From positions 1 through 55,697 of the forward strand of contig JAIVWI010000001.1 in assembly GCA_048636595.1 (NCBI GenBank): a DNA stretch of 55,697 nucleotides, read 5' to 3'. A program made the translations under genes and the position numbers. A model generated the notes under the pieces. The model was not told the origin of the DNA. It ran no database searches and worked only from the letters and a program-made list of their open reading frames with translations. The stretch comes from Oceanospirillum sp. GTDB taxonomy: Bacteria > Pseudomonadota > Gammaproteobacteria > Xanthomonadales > SZUA-36. This document shows, in pieces, positions 12,470 to 26,010 of this stretch (position 1 is the stretch's first letter; each line of letters begins with the position of its first letter).

Positions 12470-12844
12470 ATGGCGACGATCAACCAACTCGTACGTAAGC
12501 CGCGCAAAGACAAGGCTTACAAGAGCAATGTACCAGCGCTGGAAAGTTGCCCACAGAAACGGGGCGTTTGTACACGTGTTTACACGACAACGCCAAAGAA
12601 ACCGAATTCTGCATTGCGCAAAGTGGCGCGTGTTCGCTTGACGAATGGTTACGAGGTAACCAGTTACATCGGCGGAGAAGGTCATAATTTGCAGGAACAT
12701 AGTGTGGTGCTGATCAGGGGCGGCCGGGTAAAAGATTTGCCGGGCGTTCGCTATCACACCATTCGTGGAAGCCTTGATACGGCGGGCGTAAGTGATCGCC
12801 GGCAAGGTCGTTCCAAGTACGGCACCAAGCGGCCCAAAAACTGA
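12470..12844 (+). CDS. rpsL: 30S ribosomal protein S12
   Basis: [13 protein letters not shown]...[24 protein letters not shown] at 12470 gives the canonical 124 aa; the ORF-track start at 12389 is an upstream extension. Confidence 0.97.
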   Translation: MATINQLVRKPRKDKAYKSNVPALESCPQKRGVCTRVYTTTPKKPNSALRKVARVRLTNGYEVTSYIGGEGHNLQEHSVVLIRGGRVKDLPGVRYHTIRGSLDTAGVSDRRQGRSKYGTKRPKN

Positions 12845-12854
12845 TATTCACTGA

Positions 12855-13349
<495 letters not shown>

Positions 13350-13408
13350 CTTTGGCGCTGGTAAGTTTTGGCCGGCAGTTTAATACAGAATTTATAGAGG
13401 TATAGAAA

Positions 13409-15502
13409 GTGGCCCGTAGTACGCCAATTGAACGGTATCGCAACATCGGCATCATGGCGCATATTGATGCTGGTAAGACGACCACCACCGAACGTATCCT
13501 GTTCTACACCGGTGTTTCGCACAAAATCGGTGAGGTTCATGATGGTAACGCCACCATGGACTGGATGGAGCAGGAACAGGAGCGTGGTATTACGATTACG
13601 TCGGCTGCGACAACCTGTTTCTGGAATGGTATGGACCAGCAATTCCCGGAACACCGTATCAATATCATTGACACGCCGGGACACGTCGATTTTACCATTG
13701 AGGTAGAGCGTTCCTTGCGTGTGCTTGACGGGGCGGTTGCTGTGTTTTGCGCGGTCGGTGGAGTTCAGCCCCAGTCTGAAACCGTTTGGCGCCAGGCTAC
13801 GCGTTACAACGTTCCGCGTGTATGTTTCATCAATAAGATGGATCGCACCGGTGCAGATTTCGAGCGAGTTGTCAGCCAGATCGAGGAGCGCCTGGCTGCG
13901 CGTCCCGTGCCAGTCCAACTGCCGATCGGCGCCGAAGAAGATTTTGCAGGAATAATCGACCTGGTCCGGATGCAGGCCATTTACTGGGACACTGAAAACC
14001 AGGGTACGACCTACGAAGCACGTGAAATTCCTGCTGAGCTCCAGGCTGCGGCGGAGTCAGCTCGCGAATTCATGGTCGAGGCGGCTGCCGAGGCCTCCGA
14101 AGAATTGATGGACCTTTACCTCGAAAGCGGAGAGTTGAGCGAAGCACAGATAATTGAGGGCTTGCGTAGCGGTACGGTGGCGAATGACATCGTTCCCTGT
14201 CTTTGCGGCAGCGCTTTCAAGAACAAGGGCGTGCAGGCTCTGCTCGATGCCATTGTTATCCTGATGCCGTCCCCGCTGGATGTTCCGGCCATCACCGGCA
14301 TTAATGAAGACGAAACCGAGGGTGTGCGCAAAAGTTCGGACGAAGAGCCATTTGCAGCACTGGCATTCAAGATCGCTACCGACCCTTATGTCGGTACCTT
14401 AACCTTCTTCCGGGTTTATTCCGGTGTCCTGAACTCAGGTGACACGGTTTACAACGCGGTCAGGGAGAAAAAGGAGCGGTTCGGCCGAATCCTGCAGATG
14501 CACGCGAACTCGCGTGACGAAATCAAGGAAGTTCGTGCCGGTGATATCGCGGCGGCCGTGGGATTAAAGGACGTCACAACGGGTGACACCCTGTGTGCCC
14601 TGAAGGACGTCATCACGCTGGAACGTATGGAGTTCCCCGATCCCGTTATATCGGTCGCGGTTGAACCCAGGACCAAGGCTGACCAGGAAAAGATGGGTAT
14701 CGCATTATCCAAGCTGGCCCAGGAAGACCCCTCCTTTCGTGTTCATACGGATGAGGAATCCGGGCAGACCATCATTTCCGGTATGGGCGAATTGCATCTC
14801 GACATCATCGTCGACCGCATGAAACGTGAATTCAAAGTGGAGGCCAATGTAGGCCGTCCGCAGGTAGCTTACCGCGAGACGATCCGCAAAAGTGTCGAGG
14901 CTGAAGGCAAATTTGTGCGTCAGTCCGGTGGCCGTGGCCAGTATGGACACGTCAAGATCCGTTTGGAGCCGACCGGGAAAGGTGAGGGTTACGAATTCGA
15001 AAACTCTATTGTTGGCGGCGTAGTGCCGCGTGAATACATCAATTCAGTCAACAAGGGTATCGTAGAACAAATGACCAATGGTGTCATTGCGGGTTATCCG
15101 GTCGTCGACGCCAAGGTAACGCTGTATGACGGCTCCTACCATGAGGTCGATTCGTCTGAAATGGCATTCAAGATTGCCGGCTCCATGGCTTTCAGGAATG
15201 CAGCGCTGATTGCTGATCCGGTTCTGCTCGAACCCATGATGAAGGTTGAAGTAGTGACACCCGAAGATTACATGGGTGATGTGATGGGTGACCTGACACG
15301 TCGCCGCGGTATTTTGCAGGGCATGGAAGACAGCCCGGCCGGCAAGATGGTGAACGCACATGTTCCGCTTTCGGAAATGTTTGGTTACGCCACCGATCTG
15401 AGGTCGCAGACCCAGGGCCGCGCAACTTATACCATGGAATTTGACCACTATGCCGAAGCACCGGCCAGTGTTGCAGAAAAAATTATCAAGAAAACCGCCT
15501 GA
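13409..15502 (+). CDS. fusA: Elongation factor G
   Basis: GTG start. [26 protein letters not shown]-domain, 697 aa, located between rpsG and tuf. Confidence 0.98.
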   Translation: MARSTPIERYRNIGIMAHIDAGKTTTTERILFYTGVSHKIGEVHDGNATMDWMEQEQERGITITSAATTCFWNGMDQQFPEHRINIIDTPGHVDFTIEVERSLRVLDGAVAVFCAVGGVQPQSETVWRQATRYNVPRVCFINKMDRTGADFERVVSQIEERLAARPVPVQLPIGAEEDFAGIIDLVRMQAIYWDTENQGTTYEAREIPAELQAAAESAREFMVEAAAEASEELMDLYLESGELSEAQIIEGLRSGTVANDIVPCLCGSAFKNKGVQALLDAIVILMPSPLDVPAITGINEDETEGVRKSSDEEPFAALAFKIATDPYVGTLTFFRVYSGVLNSGDTVYNAVREKKERFGRILQMHANSRDEIKEVRAGDIAAAVGLKDVTTGDTLCALKDVITLERMEFPDPVISVAVEPRTKADQEKMGIALSKLAQEDPSFRVHTDEESGQTIISGMGELHLDIIVDRMKREFKVEANVGRPQVAYRETIRKSVEAEGKFVRQSGGRGQYGHVKIRLEPTGKGEGYEFENSIVGGVVPREYINSVNKGIVEQMTNGVIAGYPVVDAKVTLYDGSYHEVDSSEMAFKIAGSMAFRNAALIADPVLLEPMMKVEVVTPEDYMGDVMGDLTRRRGILQGMEDSPAGKMVNAHVPLSEMFGYATDLRSQTQGRATYTMEFDHYAEAPASVAEKIIKKTA

Positions 15503-15544
15503 AACAAGGCGACAGATTTAAAGCAGATTACAGAGGATTAACTC

Positions 15545-16735
<1,191 letters not shown>

Positions 16736-16749
16736 AGCGAGTAAATGTA

Positions 16750-17061
16750 ATGGCAGAACAGAGAATCCGCATCCGGCTGAAAGCTTTCGATCATCGTTTA
16801 ATCGATCGCTCAGCGTCTGAAATCGTGGAAACCGCGAAAAGGACCGGCGCCCAGGTACTGGGGCCGATTCCCTTGCCCACCAGGATCGAACGGCACACGG
16901 TGCTGATCTCTCCGCATGTGAACAAGGATGCGCGTGACCAGTATGAAACGCGCACCCACAAGCGCTTGATGGACATCCTGGATCCCAATGACAAGACCGT
17001 GGATGCGTTGATGAAACTGGATCTGGCGGCCGGCGTGGACGTGCAAATCAAGCTGTACTGA
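16750..17061 (+). CDS. rpsJ: 30S ribosomal protein S10
   Basis: [31 protein letters not shown] is typical of S10; 103 aa. Confidence 0.97.
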   Translation: MAEQRIRIRLKAFDHRLIDRSASEIVETAKRTGAQVLGPIPLPTRIERHTVLISPHVNKDARDQYETRTHKRLMDILDPNDKTVDALMKLDLAAGVDVQIKLY

Positions 17062-17115
17062 TTTGTTTGTTCATTAAGGCGTAATGAAGACATATACCCG
17101 ATATAGGGCAAAGCA

Positions 17116-17760
17116 ATGAAGATTGGATTAGTAGGACGCAAACGTGGCATGACCCGTGTATTTACCGAGGACGGTATGAGTGTGCCGGTCACGGTTATCG
17201 AGGTTAAGCCGAATCGCGTGACCCAGGTGAAGAGCGAAGAGATTGACGGTTACCGTTCCGTGCAGGTCACGATCGGAAGCCGCCGTGCCAGTTTGGTGAA
17301 TAAGCCAGTGGCCGGTCATTATGCCAAGTCGGGTGTCGAAGCCGGAGAGGGCCTGTGGGAATTGCGGCTCGCCGATGGTGCGGGTGAAGACCTGGAAACC
17401 GGATCCGAGCTGAAAGTGGACATGTTCGAGGCCGGTGAGATGGTGGATGTGACCGGAACGAGCAAAGGCAAAGGTTTTGCCGGTGTCGTGAAACGTCATA
17501 ATTTCGCAATGCAGGATGCCACTCACGGTAACTCACTGGCGCACCGGGCGCCCGGCTCGATTGGCCAGTGTCAGACCCCGGGCCGTGTGTTCAAAGGCAA
17601 GAAGATGGCCGGACACATGGGCGTTGAAAGGGTCACAACGCAAAATCTGGAAGTCGTACGGGTAGATGCGGAGCGTAACTTGCTTCTCATCAAGGGTGCG
17701 GTTCCCGGTGCGACTGGCGGTATCGTGATGATCCGTCCTTCTGTGAAAATTCTTCAATAA
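17116..17760 (+). CDS. rplC: 50S ribosomal protein L3
   Basis: [30 protein letters not shown] and [14 protein letters not shown] motifs. Confidence 0.97.
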   Translation: MKIGLVGRKRGMTRVFTEDGMSVPVTVIEVKPNRVTQVKSEEIDGYRSVQVTIGSRRASLVNKPVAGHYAKSGVEAGEGLWELRLADGAGEDLETGSELKVDMFEAGEMVDVTGTSKGKGFAGVVKRHNFAMQDATHGNSLAHRAPGSIGQCQTPGRVFKGKKMAGHMGVERVTTQNLEVVRVDAERNLLLIKGAVPGATGGIVMIRPSVKILQ

Positions 17761-17780
17761 GGTTTGATGGAGAGATTACG

Positions 17781-18383
17781 ATGCAACTCGCAGTAACAGG
17801 TGGCAAAAAGATTGACGTATCTGAAGCCACGTTCGGAAGGGACTTCTCTGAAGCCCTGGTGCACCAGGTGGTAACTGCCTACCTGGCAGGCGCTCGCGCC
17901 GGCACAAAGGCACAGAAAAACCGGGCAGCAGCAAGTGGCGGCGGCAGGAAACCCTGGCGTCAGAAAGGCACCGGCCGTGCCCGGGCAGGCACCATTCGCA
18001 GCCCGATCTGGCGTGGCGGTGGCAAGACGTTTGCTGCAACCCCGAGGGATCATTCCCAGAAAGTGAATCGAAAGATGTATCGCGGCGCGCTGCAGGCGAT
18101 CTTTTCCGAACTGGTGCGCCAGGAACGCCTGGTGGTTGTTGATTCAATGGATCTTTCAGAACCAAAAACCAAGGTGTTGCTCACCAGGTTGGCGGAACTG
18201 GGCGCTGAGAAATGCCTGATTGTGACCAACGAGTCGAATGAAAATCTGCATCTCGCTTCACGCAATATTCCGGGTGTCTACCTGTTGGACGTCCAGGGAA
18301 TTGACCCGGTGAGCCTGGTGGCCGCAGATAAAGTGATCGTGACTGTGGATGCAGTCGAGAAGATTCAGGAGTGGCTGGGATGA
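17781..18383 (+). CDS. rplD: 50S ribosomal protein L4
   Basis: 200 aa with [29 protein letters not shown]. Confidence 0.97.
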   Translation: MQLAVTGGKKIDVSEATFGRDFSEALVHQVVTAYLAGARAGTKAQKNRAAASGGGRKPWRQKGTGRARAGTIRSPIWRGGGKTFAATPRDHSQKVNRKMYRGALQAIFSELVRQERLVVVDSMDLSEPKTKVLLTRLAELGAEKCLIVTNESNENLHLASRNIPGVYLLDVQGIDPVSLVAADKVIVTVDAVEKIQEWLG

Positions 18384-18682
18384 GTAAAAACCGTTTATAC
18401 CAGGTCTTGCTGAGCCCCCGTGTCACAGAAAAGACAACGCAGGTGGGTGAACAGAGCAACCAGTATGTCTTCCGTGTCATCAAGGACGCCAATAAGTCCG
18501 AAGTAAAAGGTGCGGTTGAGATGCTGTTTGATGTAAACGTGGAGTCAGTTCGCATCGTAAACGTCAAGGGTAAGAGCAAGTCATTCCGGCAGCGCCTGGG
18601 AAAGCGCAGCGACTGGAAAAAGGCTTATGTTCGTGTACAGGAAGGTCAGGTCATTGATCTCCTGGGCAGTGAATCAGCCTAA
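18380..18682 (+). CDS. rplW: 50S ribosomal protein L23
   Basis: [23 protein letters not shown] at 18380 overlaps the rplD stop (ATGA). The ORF-track GTG at 18371 lies 3 codons upstream. Confidence 0.94.
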   Translation: MSKNRLYQVLLSPRVTEKTTQVGEQSNQYVFRVIKDANKSEVKGAVEMLFDVNVESVRIVNVKGKSKSFRQRLGKRSDWKKAYVRVQEGQVIDLLGSESA

Positions 18683-18708
18683 TTAATGAGCTTTAGGAAC
18701 TATTAGTC

Positions 18709-19536
18709 ATGGCAATTGTTAAAGCAAAACCAACATCGCCAGGGCGTCGTGGAGTCGTCCAGGTCAAGCATTCGCACCTGCACAAGGGCGCGCCGTTTGC
18801 CGGCCTGATCGAGAAGAAATCGAAGACCGGCGGGCGTAACAACACAGGCCGGATCACCACGCGTCATCGCGGTGGCGGACACAAAAAACATTACCGCGTG
18901 ATTGATTTCAAGCGGGACAAGGACGGCATCAGCGGAACCATCGAGCGGATTGAGTATGACCCCAATCGCACTGCACATATTGCACTGGTGCTCTATGTCG
19001 ACGGTGAGCGGCGCTACATCATTGCGCCCAAAGGCATTCGTGCCGGTGACAAGGTGATCAGCGGCCGTGAAGCAAGCATCAAGCCGGGTAACTGCCTGCC
19101 TTTGCGCAATATGCCCATGGGTTCAGTGGTTCACTGTGTTGAGATGAAACCGGGCAAGGGCGCTCAGTTGGCCCGCAGCGCTGGTGCTGCAGTGCAACTG
19201 ATCGCACGTGAAGGCCAGTATGCAACACTCAGGCTTCGTTCCGGTGAAATGCGCAAGGTGCTGTCACGTTGTCGCGCAACGATTGGTGAAGTGTCCAATT
19301 CAGAACACAACCTGGAGAAACTGGGCAAAGCCGGCGCGAAGCGCTGGAGAGGTGTACGGCCGACCGTTCGTGGTGTTGCCATGAACCCGGTGGATCACCC
19401 GCACGGTGGCGGTGAAGGGCGTACGTCCGGCGGACGTCACCCGGTGACCCCCTGGGGTGTCCCGACCAAAGGATATAAAACCCGCAAGAACAAGACTACG
19501 GACAAGTTCATTGTTCGTAAGCGTTCAGGCAAATAA
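18709..19536 (+). CDS. rplB: 50S ribosomal protein L2
   Basis: 275 aa with [26 protein letters not shown]. Confidence 0.98.
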   Translation: MAIVKAKPTSPGRRGVVQVKHSHLHKGAPFAGLIEKKSKTGGRNNTGRITTRHRGGGHKKHYRVIDFKRDKDGISGTIERIEYDPNRTAHIALVLYVDGERRYIIAPKGIRAGDKVISGREASIKPGNCLPLRNMPMGSVVHCVEMKPGKGAQLARSAGAAVQLIAREGQYATLRLRSGEMRKVLSRCRATIGEVSNSEHNLEKLGKAGAKRWRGVRPTVRGVAMNPVDHPHGGGEGRTSGGRHPVTPWGVPTKGYKTRKNKTTDKFIVRKRSGK

Positions 19537-19547
19537 CAGGTACAGCT

Positions 19548-19820
19548 ATGCCACGTTCGATTAAAAAAGGACCGTTCATCGATCATCACCTGATGAAAAA
19601 GGTGACCGATGCCATTGCTACAAATAACAAGCGACCGATCAAGACCTGGTCTCGCCGTTCCATGATCCTCCCGGATATGGTGGGCCTGACGATCGCGGTA
19701 CACAACGGACGCCAGCATGTCCCGATCCTGATCAACGATCAGATGATCGGCCATAAGCTTGGCGAATTCGCGCCCACCCGGACCTTCAGGGGTCACGCGG
19801 CCGGACGCAAGACGAAGTAG
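19548..19820 (+). CDS. rpsS: 30S ribosomal protein S19
   Basis: [19 protein letters not shown] ... [10 protein letters not shown]. Confidence 0.97.
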   Translation: MPRSIKKGPFIDHHLMKKVTDAIATNNKRPIKTWSRRSMILPDMVGLTIAVHNGRQHVPILINDQMIGHKLGEFAPTRTFRGHAAGRKTK

Positions 19821-19828
19821 GTGTTGAT

Positions 19829-20176
19829 ATGCAAGCGACTGCAAAATTGAGAAATGCGCGCATCTCGGCGCAAAAAGTACGCCTGGTTGCTGACCAGATT
19901 CGGGGAATGCCTGTCGAGCGGGCTGAGCAACTCCTGACCTTCAGCACCAAGAAAGCTGCGCACATTGTGAAAAAGGTTCTGCTTTCGGCGGTTGCCAATG
20001 CCGAGCATAACGATGGCGCTGATATTGATGAATTGAAAGTAGCCACGATCATGATTGATGAAGGTCCGACCTTCAAACGTGGCCGCGCCAGGGCCAAGGG
20101 CCGTGGCACACGAATTTTGAAACGTAACAGTCACATTACCGTGACCGTCGCCGACGACAATACGAGGCAAGACTAA
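19829..20176 (+). CDS. rplV: 50S ribosomal protein L22
   Basis: [22 protein letters not shown] is typical of L22. TAATG overlap with rpsC. Confidence 0.96.
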   Translation: MQATAKLRNARISAQKVRLVADQIRGMPVERAEQLLTFSTKKAAHIVKKVLLSAVANAEHNDGADIDELKVATIMIDEGPTFKRGRARAKGRGTRILKRNSHITVTVADDNTRQD

Positions 20177-20853
20177 TGGGTCAAAAGGTACATCCAATAG
20201 GTTTCCGGCTGGGTATTGCCAAGGACTGGAATTCAACCTGGTTCGCCGAAAAGGGCAATTACGCCGAGCTGTTGATCTCTGATCTTGAAGTTCGGGAATT
20301 TTTGCAGAAACGTCTGGCGCAAGCCGCGGTAAGCAGGATCCAGATTGAGCGCCCGGCCAAGTCGGCGCGCATCACGATCCACACGGCGCGCCCGGGTATT
20401 GTGATTGGTAAAAAAGGCGAGGACATTGAGCGTCTGCGCCGTGATGTCACTGCATTAATGGGCGTACCGACGCACATAACGGTCGCTGAGATTCGCAAAC
20501 CTGAATTGGATGCGAAGCTGGTTGCCGAAGGTATTGCCCAGCAATTGGAACGCCGTATAATGTTCCGCCGTGCAATGAAGCGTGCGGTTGGTAATTCCAT
20601 GCGTCTGGGTGCACTGGGTATCAAGGTCCTGGTATCCGGTCGTCTGAACGGTGCAGATATTGCCCGCAATGAATGGTATCGCGAAGGCCGCGTGCCGCTG
20701 CATACCCTGCGTGCCGATGTCGATTACGGTTTTGTTGAAGCAAAAACCACTTACGGTGTTCTTGGCGTAAAGGTATGGATTTACAAAGGTGAAGTTCACG
20801 ACCTTTACGGTACAAGCGGTGAGAACAAGCGCAACCCGGCGGTTGCAAGCTAG
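20176..20853 (+). CDS. rpsC: 30S ribosomal protein S3
   Basis: [24 protein letters not shown] and a KH-domain [12 protein letters not shown]. Confidence 0.98.
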   Translation: MGQKVHPIGFRLGIAKDWNSTWFAEKGNYAELLISDLEVREFLQKRLAQAAVSRIQIERPAKSARITIHTARPGIVIGKKGEDIERLRRDVTALMGVPTHITVAEIRKPELDAKLVAEGIAQQLERRIMFRRAMKRAVGNSMRLGALGIKVLVSGRLNGADIARNEWYREGRVPLHTLRADVDYGFVEAKTTYGVLGVKVWIYKGEVHDLYGTSGENKRNPAVAS

Positions 20854-20864
20854 GAGACAGAGAA

Positions 20865-21278
20865 ATGCTGCAGCCCAAACGAACAAAATTCAGAAAGCAG
20901 CAAAAAGGCCGTAACCGGGGCCTGGCGCATGTAGGAAATCGCGTCAGCTTTGGTGAATTTGGCCTGAAGGCAACCACGCGTGGATTCGTTACTGCCCGGC
21001 AGATCGAAGCAGCGCGCCGCGCCATTACCCGCTACGTTAAGCGCGGTGGCAAGCTGTGGATCCGGATTTATCCGGACAAGCCGATCTGCAAGAAGCCCGT
21101 AGAGGTACGTATGGGTAAAGGTAAAGGTAATGTTGAATACTGGGTGGCGCCAATCCAGCCCGGCCGTGTGATGTATGAAATCCAGGGGGTAACGGAAGAA
21201 GCCGCCCGGGAAGCATTCCGTCTGGCAGCCAGGAAACTGGCGGTGAAAACCACCTTCGTCAAGAGGTCTGTGCTGTGA
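20865..21278 (+). CDS. rplP: 50S ribosomal protein L16
   Basis: [19 protein letters not shown]; 137 aa. Confidence 0.97.
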   Translation: MLQPKRTKFRKQQKGRNRGLAHVGNRVSFGEFGLKATTRGFVTARQIEAARRAITRYVKRGGKLWIRIYPDKPICKKPVEVRMGKGKGNVEYWVAPIQPGRVMYEIQGVTEEAAREAFRLAARKLAVKTTFVKRSVL

Positions 21279-21481
21279 TGATTGCGCAAGATTTAAGAGT
21301 AAAGAAAGAAAACGAACTCCGTGAAGAACTCACCGGGCTGCTTCAGGAGCAGTTCAATTTGAGAATGCAGCGGGGAACGGGCCAGTTGACTACACCACAT
21401 GAGTTGCGGCGTGTACGCCGGGATATCGCGCGTGTAAGGACTGTCCTGAATGAGAAAAAGAGAGCAGGTGAAACGTCATGA
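21278..21481 (+). CDS. rpmC: 50S ribosomal protein L29
   Basis: Small basic helical ORF ([26 protein letters not shown]) in the L29 position. ATG at 21278 overlaps the rplP stop; GTG at 21275 is an alternative start. Confidence 0.92.
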   Translation: MIAQDLRVKKENELREELTGLLQEQFNLRMQRGTGQLTTPHELRRVRRDIARVRTVLNEKKRAGETS

Positions 21482-21738
21482 GTACGACGGAAGCAGTAAA
21501 ACGCACCAAGGTTGGGCGGGTAGTCAGTGACAAGGCTGACAAAACCGTCACCGTAATGCTGGAACGTCTGGTGAAACACCCGCTGTACGGTAAGTACATC
21601 AAGCGGTCAACCAAGGTGCACGCACACGACGAGGACAACAGTTGTGGCGAAGGCGACCTGGTGAAGATTTCAGAATGTCGCCCGCTTTCCAAGACGAAAA
21701 GCTGGCGTGTAGTAGAAATTATGGAGCGCGCCAAGTAA
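21478..21738 (+). CDS. rpsQ: 30S ribosomal protein S17
   Basis: [38 protein letters not shown] overlap with rpmC. Confidence 0.96.
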   Translation: MSTTEAVKRTKVGRVVSDKADKTVTVMLERLVKHPLYGKYIKRSTKVHAHDEDNSCGEGDLVKISECRPLSKTKSWRVVEIMERAK

Positions 21739-21781
21739 GGCCGGCAGGGCCTTGCGGACAGCGTAGCAGAGGACATCAACA

Positions 21782-22150
21782 ATGATTCAGATGCAAAGCA
21801 TGCTTTCAGCCGCAGACAACAGCGGCGCACGCCGGGTTATGTGCATCAAGGTGCTGGGTGGTTCCAAGCGGCGTTATGCTCGCATTGGTGACGTGATCAA
21901 GGTCACGGTCAAAGAAGCCATTCCGCGCGGCAAAGTGAAGAAAGGTGAAGTTTACAATGCGGTAGTAGTACGGACACGTTCCGGCGTTCGCCGCGGTGAT
22001 GGCTCACTGATCCGGTTTGACGGTAACGCTGCAGTTTTACTGGACGCCAAGCACGAGCCGATCGGAACCCGGATCTTCGGCCCCGTGACGCGGGAATTAC
22101 GGACCGAGAAGTTCATGAAGATTGTCTCGCTGGCGCCTGAAGTGCTGTAA
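21782..22150 (+). CDS. rplN: 50S ribosomal protein L14
   Basis: [28 protein letters not shown]. Confidence 0.98.
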   Translation: MIQMQSMLSAADNSGARRVMCIKVLGGSKRRYARIGDVIKVTVKEAIPRGKVKKGEVYNAVVVRTRSGVRRGDGSLIRFDGNAAVLLDAKHEPIGTRIFGPVTRELRTEKFMKIVSLAPEVL

Positions 22151-22168
22151 GCGAGAGGAGCTGAGAAG

Positions 22169-22486
22169 ATGAAACGAATTCATAAAGGTGATGAAGTCAT
22201 CGTGACCACAGGCCGCAGTAAGGGTCAGCGAGGACATGTACTCCGCGTCGTTAGCGATGAGAAAGTGCTGGTGGAAAACGTGAACATGGTGAAAAAACAC
22301 CAGAAGCCGAATCCTGGTATGAATCAGGGTGGCGGCATCATTGAAAAAGAATCACCGATCCACGTTTCCAACGTTGCGATGTACAACGCGGCCACGGGCA
22401 AAGCAGACCGCGTGTCGTTCAAGTTGCTCGAAGACGGAAAGAAAGTGCGGATTTTCAAGTCGACCGGCGAAGCCGTCGATATTTAA
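22169..22486 (+). CDS. rplX: 50S ribosomal protein L24
   Basis: [22 protein letters not shown] (KOW motif); 105 aa. Confidence 0.96.
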   Translation: MKRIHKGDEVIVTTGRSKGQRGHVLRVVSDEKVLVENVNMVKKHQKPNPGMNQGGGIIEKESPIHVSNVAMYNAATGKADRVSFKLLEDGKKVRIFKSTGEAVDI

Positions 22487-22496
22487 GGATATTCAG

Positions 22497-23039
22497 ATGT
22501 CCAGACTACAGACATATTACAAAGAGACCGTGGTGCCGCAACTGATGGAAAAATTCAGCTATGGCAATGTCATGGAAGTGCCGAAAATCACCAAGATCTG
22601 CCTGAACATGGGAGTAGGTGAGGCTGTTGGCGACAAGAAAGTAATGGGCCGCGCCGTGGGAGATATGACCGCGATTGCAGGTCAGAAACCAGTCGTCCGC
22701 CTGGCGCGCAAGTCAGTGGCCAGTTTCAAGATTCGTGATGGTTGGCCTGTCGGGTGCAAAGTAACCTTGCGCCGGGAGCGTATGTATGAGTTCCTGGACA
22801 GGTTGGTGAGCATCGCCATTCCCCGTGTTCGTGACTTTCGCGGTTTGAACCGCAAGTCCTTTGACGGTCGTGGCAATTACAGCATGGGTGTGAAGGAACA
22901 GATCATGTTCCCGGAAATTGACTACGACCAGATCGACGTCATCCGGGGTATGGATATTACCATCACCACCACGGCTAAGAACGACGAGGAGGCGCTGGCG
23001 CTGCTGCAGGCCTTCAACTTCCCGTTTAAAGAGAAATAA
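22497..23039 (+). CDS. rplE: 50S ribosomal protein L5
   Basis: [31 protein letters not shown] starts at the ATG at 22497, 11 nt after the rplX stop, giving 180 aa. The ORF-track start at 22329 runs through rplX in another frame and is rejected. Confidence 0.96.
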   Translation: MSRLQTYYKETVVPQLMEKFSYGNVMEVPKITKICLNMGVGEAVGDKKVMGRAVGDMTAIAGQKPVVRLARKSVASFKIRDGWPVGCKVTLRRERMYEFLDRLVSIAIPRVRDFRGLNRKSFDGRGNYSMGVKEQIMFPEIDYDQIDVIRGMDITITTTAKNDEEALALLQAFNFPFKEK

Positions 23040-23052
23040 GGAAAGAATCACG

Positions 23053-23358
23053 ATGGCAAAAGTATCCATGATCAATCGCGAAAAGCGACGCACAAAGCTG
23101 GTGGCAAAATATGTCGCAAAGCGGGCCGAACTCAAGGCGATTATTATTAACCCGGAAGTCAGCTTTGAGGAACAACAGGACGCCATGTTCCGCTTGCAGA
23201 AGCTGCCCCGTGATTCAAGCCCGGTGCGGCAGCGCAATCGCTGCGCCATTTCCGGTCGTCCGCGTGGTTTCTACCGCAAATTCGGACTGGGCCGTAACAA
23301 GTTACGTGAAGCCGCCATGCGCGGTGATGTACCGGGCCTTAGAAAGGCCAGTTGGTAA
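23053..23358 (+). CDS. rpsN: 30S ribosomal protein S14 (long form)
   Basis: [20 protein letters not shown] ... [24 protein letters not shown]; 101 aa from the ATG at 23053. The ORF-track start at 22918 is an extension into rplE. Confidence 0.96.
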   Translation: MAKVSMINREKRRTKLVAKYVAKRAELKAIIINPEVSFEEQQDAMFRLQKLPRDSSPVRQRNRCAISGRPRGFYRKFGLGRNKLREAAMRGDVPGLRKASW

Positions 23359-23372
23359 AGAGGAATGATGCA

Positions 23373-23768
23373 ATGAGTATGAGTGACCCGATTGCAGACC
23401 TGCTGACGCGTATTCGCAACGCCCAGTCGGTGCAAAAAACGACGGTTAATATCCCGGGTTCGAAGGTTAAGACGGGTATTGCTGGTGTGCTGAAAAACGA
23501 AGGCTATATAACAGACTTCCGCAATATCGAAGTTGACGGCAGGATAACGCTTGAAGTTACGCTCAAGTACTTTCAGGGCAAAGGTGTGATTGATACCTTG
23601 AAGCGAGCCAGTCGGCCCGGCCTGCGTCAATATCGCGGCAAAGATGAGCTGCCGAAGATCCTGAACGGTCTCGGAATAGTCGTTGTCAGCACCTCTCAAG
23701 GCATTATGACTGATGCCCAGGCGCGCGCGGTTGGACAGGGTGGTGAAATCCTGTGCTTCGTAACGTGA
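23373..23768 (+). CDS. rpsH: 30S ribosomal protein S8
   Basis: [21 protein letters not shown] at 23373 lies 8 nt after AAAGAGGA, giving 131 aa. Confidence 0.96.
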   Translation: MSMSDPIADLLTRIRNAQSVQKTTVNIPGSKVKTGIAGVLKNEGYITDFRNIEVDGRITLEVTLKYFQGKGVIDTLKRASRPGLRQYRGKDELPKILNGLGIVVVSTSQGIMTDAQARAVGQGGEILCFVT

Positions 23769-23793
23769 TGTTGACTGGATTCTGGAGAAAGAT

Positions 23794-24321
23794 ATGTCAC
23801 GCATAGCAAAAGCCCCGATCGAGCTGCCTTCAGGCGTTGAAGTCAAGGTTCAGGGTAGCCAGGTCAACGTAAAGGGCCCCAAGGGAAACTTGGTGCTGCA
23901 ACTGCATTCAGCAATCAGCCTCGAGCAGGAAGATAAAGTGATCAGTGTGAAGCCTGCGACGGATTCTGCCATCCCGATGGCTGGAACGTTTCGTTCCCTG
24001 GTCAACAATATGGTACTTGGCGTCACAGAAGGTTTTGAGAAAAAATTGACGTTGGTTGGTATTGGATACCGCGCACAGGTGCAGGGCAACAAACTCACCC
24101 TGGCGCTGGGATTCTCCCACCCGGTCATATACGACGCACCTGAAGGCGTGACCATTGAAGCACCAAGTCAAACCGAATTGGTGATCAAGGGTTGTGACAA
24201 ACAGAAGGTTGGCCAGGTCGCTGCTGAAATCCGGTCGTTTCGCCCACCGGAGCCCTACAAGGGCAAGGGTGTTCGTTATTCCGACGAGCGCGTGGTGCGC
24301 AAGGAAGCCAAGAAGGCTTAG
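23794..24321 (+). CDS. rplF: 50S ribosomal protein L6
   Basis: [31 protein letters not shown]; 175 aa. Confidence 0.97.
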   Translation: MSRIAKAPIELPSGVEVKVQGSQVNVKGPKGNLVLQLHSAISLEQEDKVISVKPATDSAIPMAGTFRSLVNNMVLGVTEGFEKKLTLVGIGYRAQVQGNKLTLALGFSHPVIYDAPEGVTIEAPSQTELVIKGCDKQKVGQVAAEIRSFRPPEPYKGKGVRYSDERVVRKEAKKA

Positions 24322-24427
24322 GATTAGAGATTAAAACCGGTTAATTTAGTCAGCATTTTTAATCTGACTTTTGGGGCCGCTTAGCATTAGCCGCTCAGGG
24401 CGGCTAGAAGAATTCGAGGAATCAAAG

Positions 24428-24784
24428 ATGGACAAGAAAAAGGCAGCACGTTTGCGCAGGGCAAAAAAGGCCCGTGCGCATATCCGCCGCCTGGGCGTGG
24501 CGCGGCTTACCGTTCACCGTAGCGGAAGGCATATTTACGCCCAGGTCATCAGCCCGGAAGGGGGAAAAGTCATTGCTGCAGCATCAACACTGCAAAAAGA
24601 CATCAGAGCTGATCTGAAAACAACCAGTAACAAGGAAGCCGCGATAGCCGTTGGCAAGGCTGTCGCTGAACGGGCAGTAGAAGCTGGTGTCAAGGAAGTA
24701 GCTTTTGACCGCTCCGGATTCCGTTATCACGGTCGAATCAAGGAACTGGCCGACGCTGCACGCGAAGTCGGGCTTAATTTTTAA
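24428..24784 (+). CDS. rplR: 50S ribosomal protein L18
   Basis: [43 protein letters not shown] at 24428 lies 7 nt after GAGGA, giving 118 aa. The ORF-track start at 24371 is an extension. Confidence 0.96.
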   Translation: MDKKKAARLRRAKKARAHIRRLGVARLTVHRSGRHIYAQVISPEGGKVIAAASTLQKDIRADLKTTSNKEAAIAVGKAVAERAVEAGVKEVAFDRSGFRYHGRIKELADAAREVGLNF

Positions 24785-24838
24785 CGGCACATAGGTGAAT
24801 TCAGGTCATGGTATGACCGGGAAAAACAGGTAAGAAAC

Positions 24839-25366
24839 ATGGCGAAAATGGACAGAGACAATGGTGACGGCCTGCTTGAAAAGCTGGTTACGATCAATCG
24901 CGTAGCCAAGGTGGTCAAGGGTGGCCGCATTTTTGGTTTCACCGCCCTCAGTGTGGTGGGTGACGGTAACGGCAAGATTGGGTTTGGTTACGGCAAGGCG
25001 CGTGAAGTGCCTCTGGCTATCCAGAAATCAATGGAAAAAGCACGTCGCAACATGATCCAGGTGTCATTGCAGGACGGTACGCTCTGGCATGCCATCAAGG
25101 CCCGTCATTCGGGTTCGCGGATTTATATGCAGCCGGCATCAGAAGGTACCGGCGTCATTGCGGGTGGTGCGATGCGAGCTGTACTGGAAACCGTTGGTGT
25201 CCGTAACGTACTGGCCAAAAGCCTGGGTTCCAACAACGCAATTAACCTGGTTCGCGCCACCATCAAGGGATTGCAGTCGATGCAAACTCCGGAATCGATA
25301 GCTGGCAAACGTGGCAAACCGGTTGACGAAATTATGGCGAACATGAGCAAGGTAAACACGGGGTAA
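24839..25366 (+). CDS. rpsE: 30S ribosomal protein S5
   Basis: [47 protein letters not shown]. Confidence 0.97.
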   Translation: MAKMDRDNGDGLLEKLVTINRVAKVVKGGRIFGFTALSVVGDGNGKIGFGYGKAREVPLAIQKSMEKARRNMIQVSLQDGTLWHAIKARHSGSRIYMQPASEGTGVIAGGAMRAVLETVGVRNVLAKSLGSNNAINLVRATIKGLQSMQTPESIAGKRGKPVDEIMANMSKVNTG

Positions 25367-25371
25367 GGATC

Positions 25372-25566
25372 ATGGCCGGGAAAAAGAAGAAACAAATCAA
25401 GGTAACGCTGGTCCGCTCTCCGATCGGATTTCAGCCAAGACATCGCGAATGTGTTCGTGGCCTGGGCTTGAAGCGCGTGCGCCACACGGTTGTGCTCGAA
25501 GACACGCCGTCCATTCGCGGAATGGTAAACAAAATTGATTACATGGTACGTGTAGAGGAAGCCTGA
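25372..25566 (+). CDS. rpmD: 50S ribosomal protein L30
   Basis: 64-aa ORF, IKVTLVRSPIGFQPRHRECVRGLGLKRV, in the L30 position. Confidence 0.95.
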   Translation: MAGKKKKQIKVTLVRSPIGFQPRHRECVRGLGLKRVRHTVVLEDTPSIRGMVNKIDYMVRVEEA

Positions 25567-25578
25567 GGACGTATTGAA

Positions 25579-26010
25579 ATGAAACTGAATAGTCTCAGCC
25601 CGGCAGAGGGCAGCAAAAAAAATCGCAAGCGCGTGGGCCGCGGCATGGGCTCAGGCATCGGTAAAACCGGTGGTCGCGGGCACAAAGGCCAGAAGTCACG
25701 TTCCGGTGGTTACCACAAGGTCGGCTTCGAGGGTGGACAGATGCCCTTGCAGCGCCGTCTGCCCAAGCGTGGGTTTGCTTCACGCACCGCGCGTTATAAC
25801 GACGAACTCCGCCTTTACCAGGTCCAGGTAATGAAAGCAGATGTGATCGATCTTGAGTTCCTCAAGGCGCAGGGCATCGTGGCGCACGATATCCGCAAGG
25901 TCAAAGTGATCAACACCGGTACCCTGGATCGCGCGGTCACGATCAAAGGGCTGGCTGTAACCAAGGGCGCGCAGGCAGCGATTGAAGCGGCCGGAGGCAA
26001 GGTAGAGTAA
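25579..26010 (+). CDS. rplO: 50S ribosomal protein L15
   Basis: [44 protein letters not shown]. Confidence 0.97.
   Translation: MKLNSLSPAEGSKKNRKRVGRGMGSGIGKTGGRGHKGQKSRSGGYHKVGFEGGQMPLQRRLPKRGFASRTARYNDELRLYQVQVMKADVIDLEFLKAQGIVAHDIRKVKVINTGTLDRAVTIKGLAVTKGAQAAIEAAGGKVE

Noticed and set aside
22329-22496. Upstream extensions of ORF-track proteins: rplE here, and also rpsL 12389-12469, rpsN 22918-23052, rpsH 23352-23372, rplR 24371-24427, rpoA 29102-29173, pccB 49328-49513 and feoB 33495-33635.
   Set aside because: The extensions overlap the preceding gene or its spacer and encode non-homologous sequence. In each case a downstream ATG reproduces the canonical N-terminus, usually with an SD.
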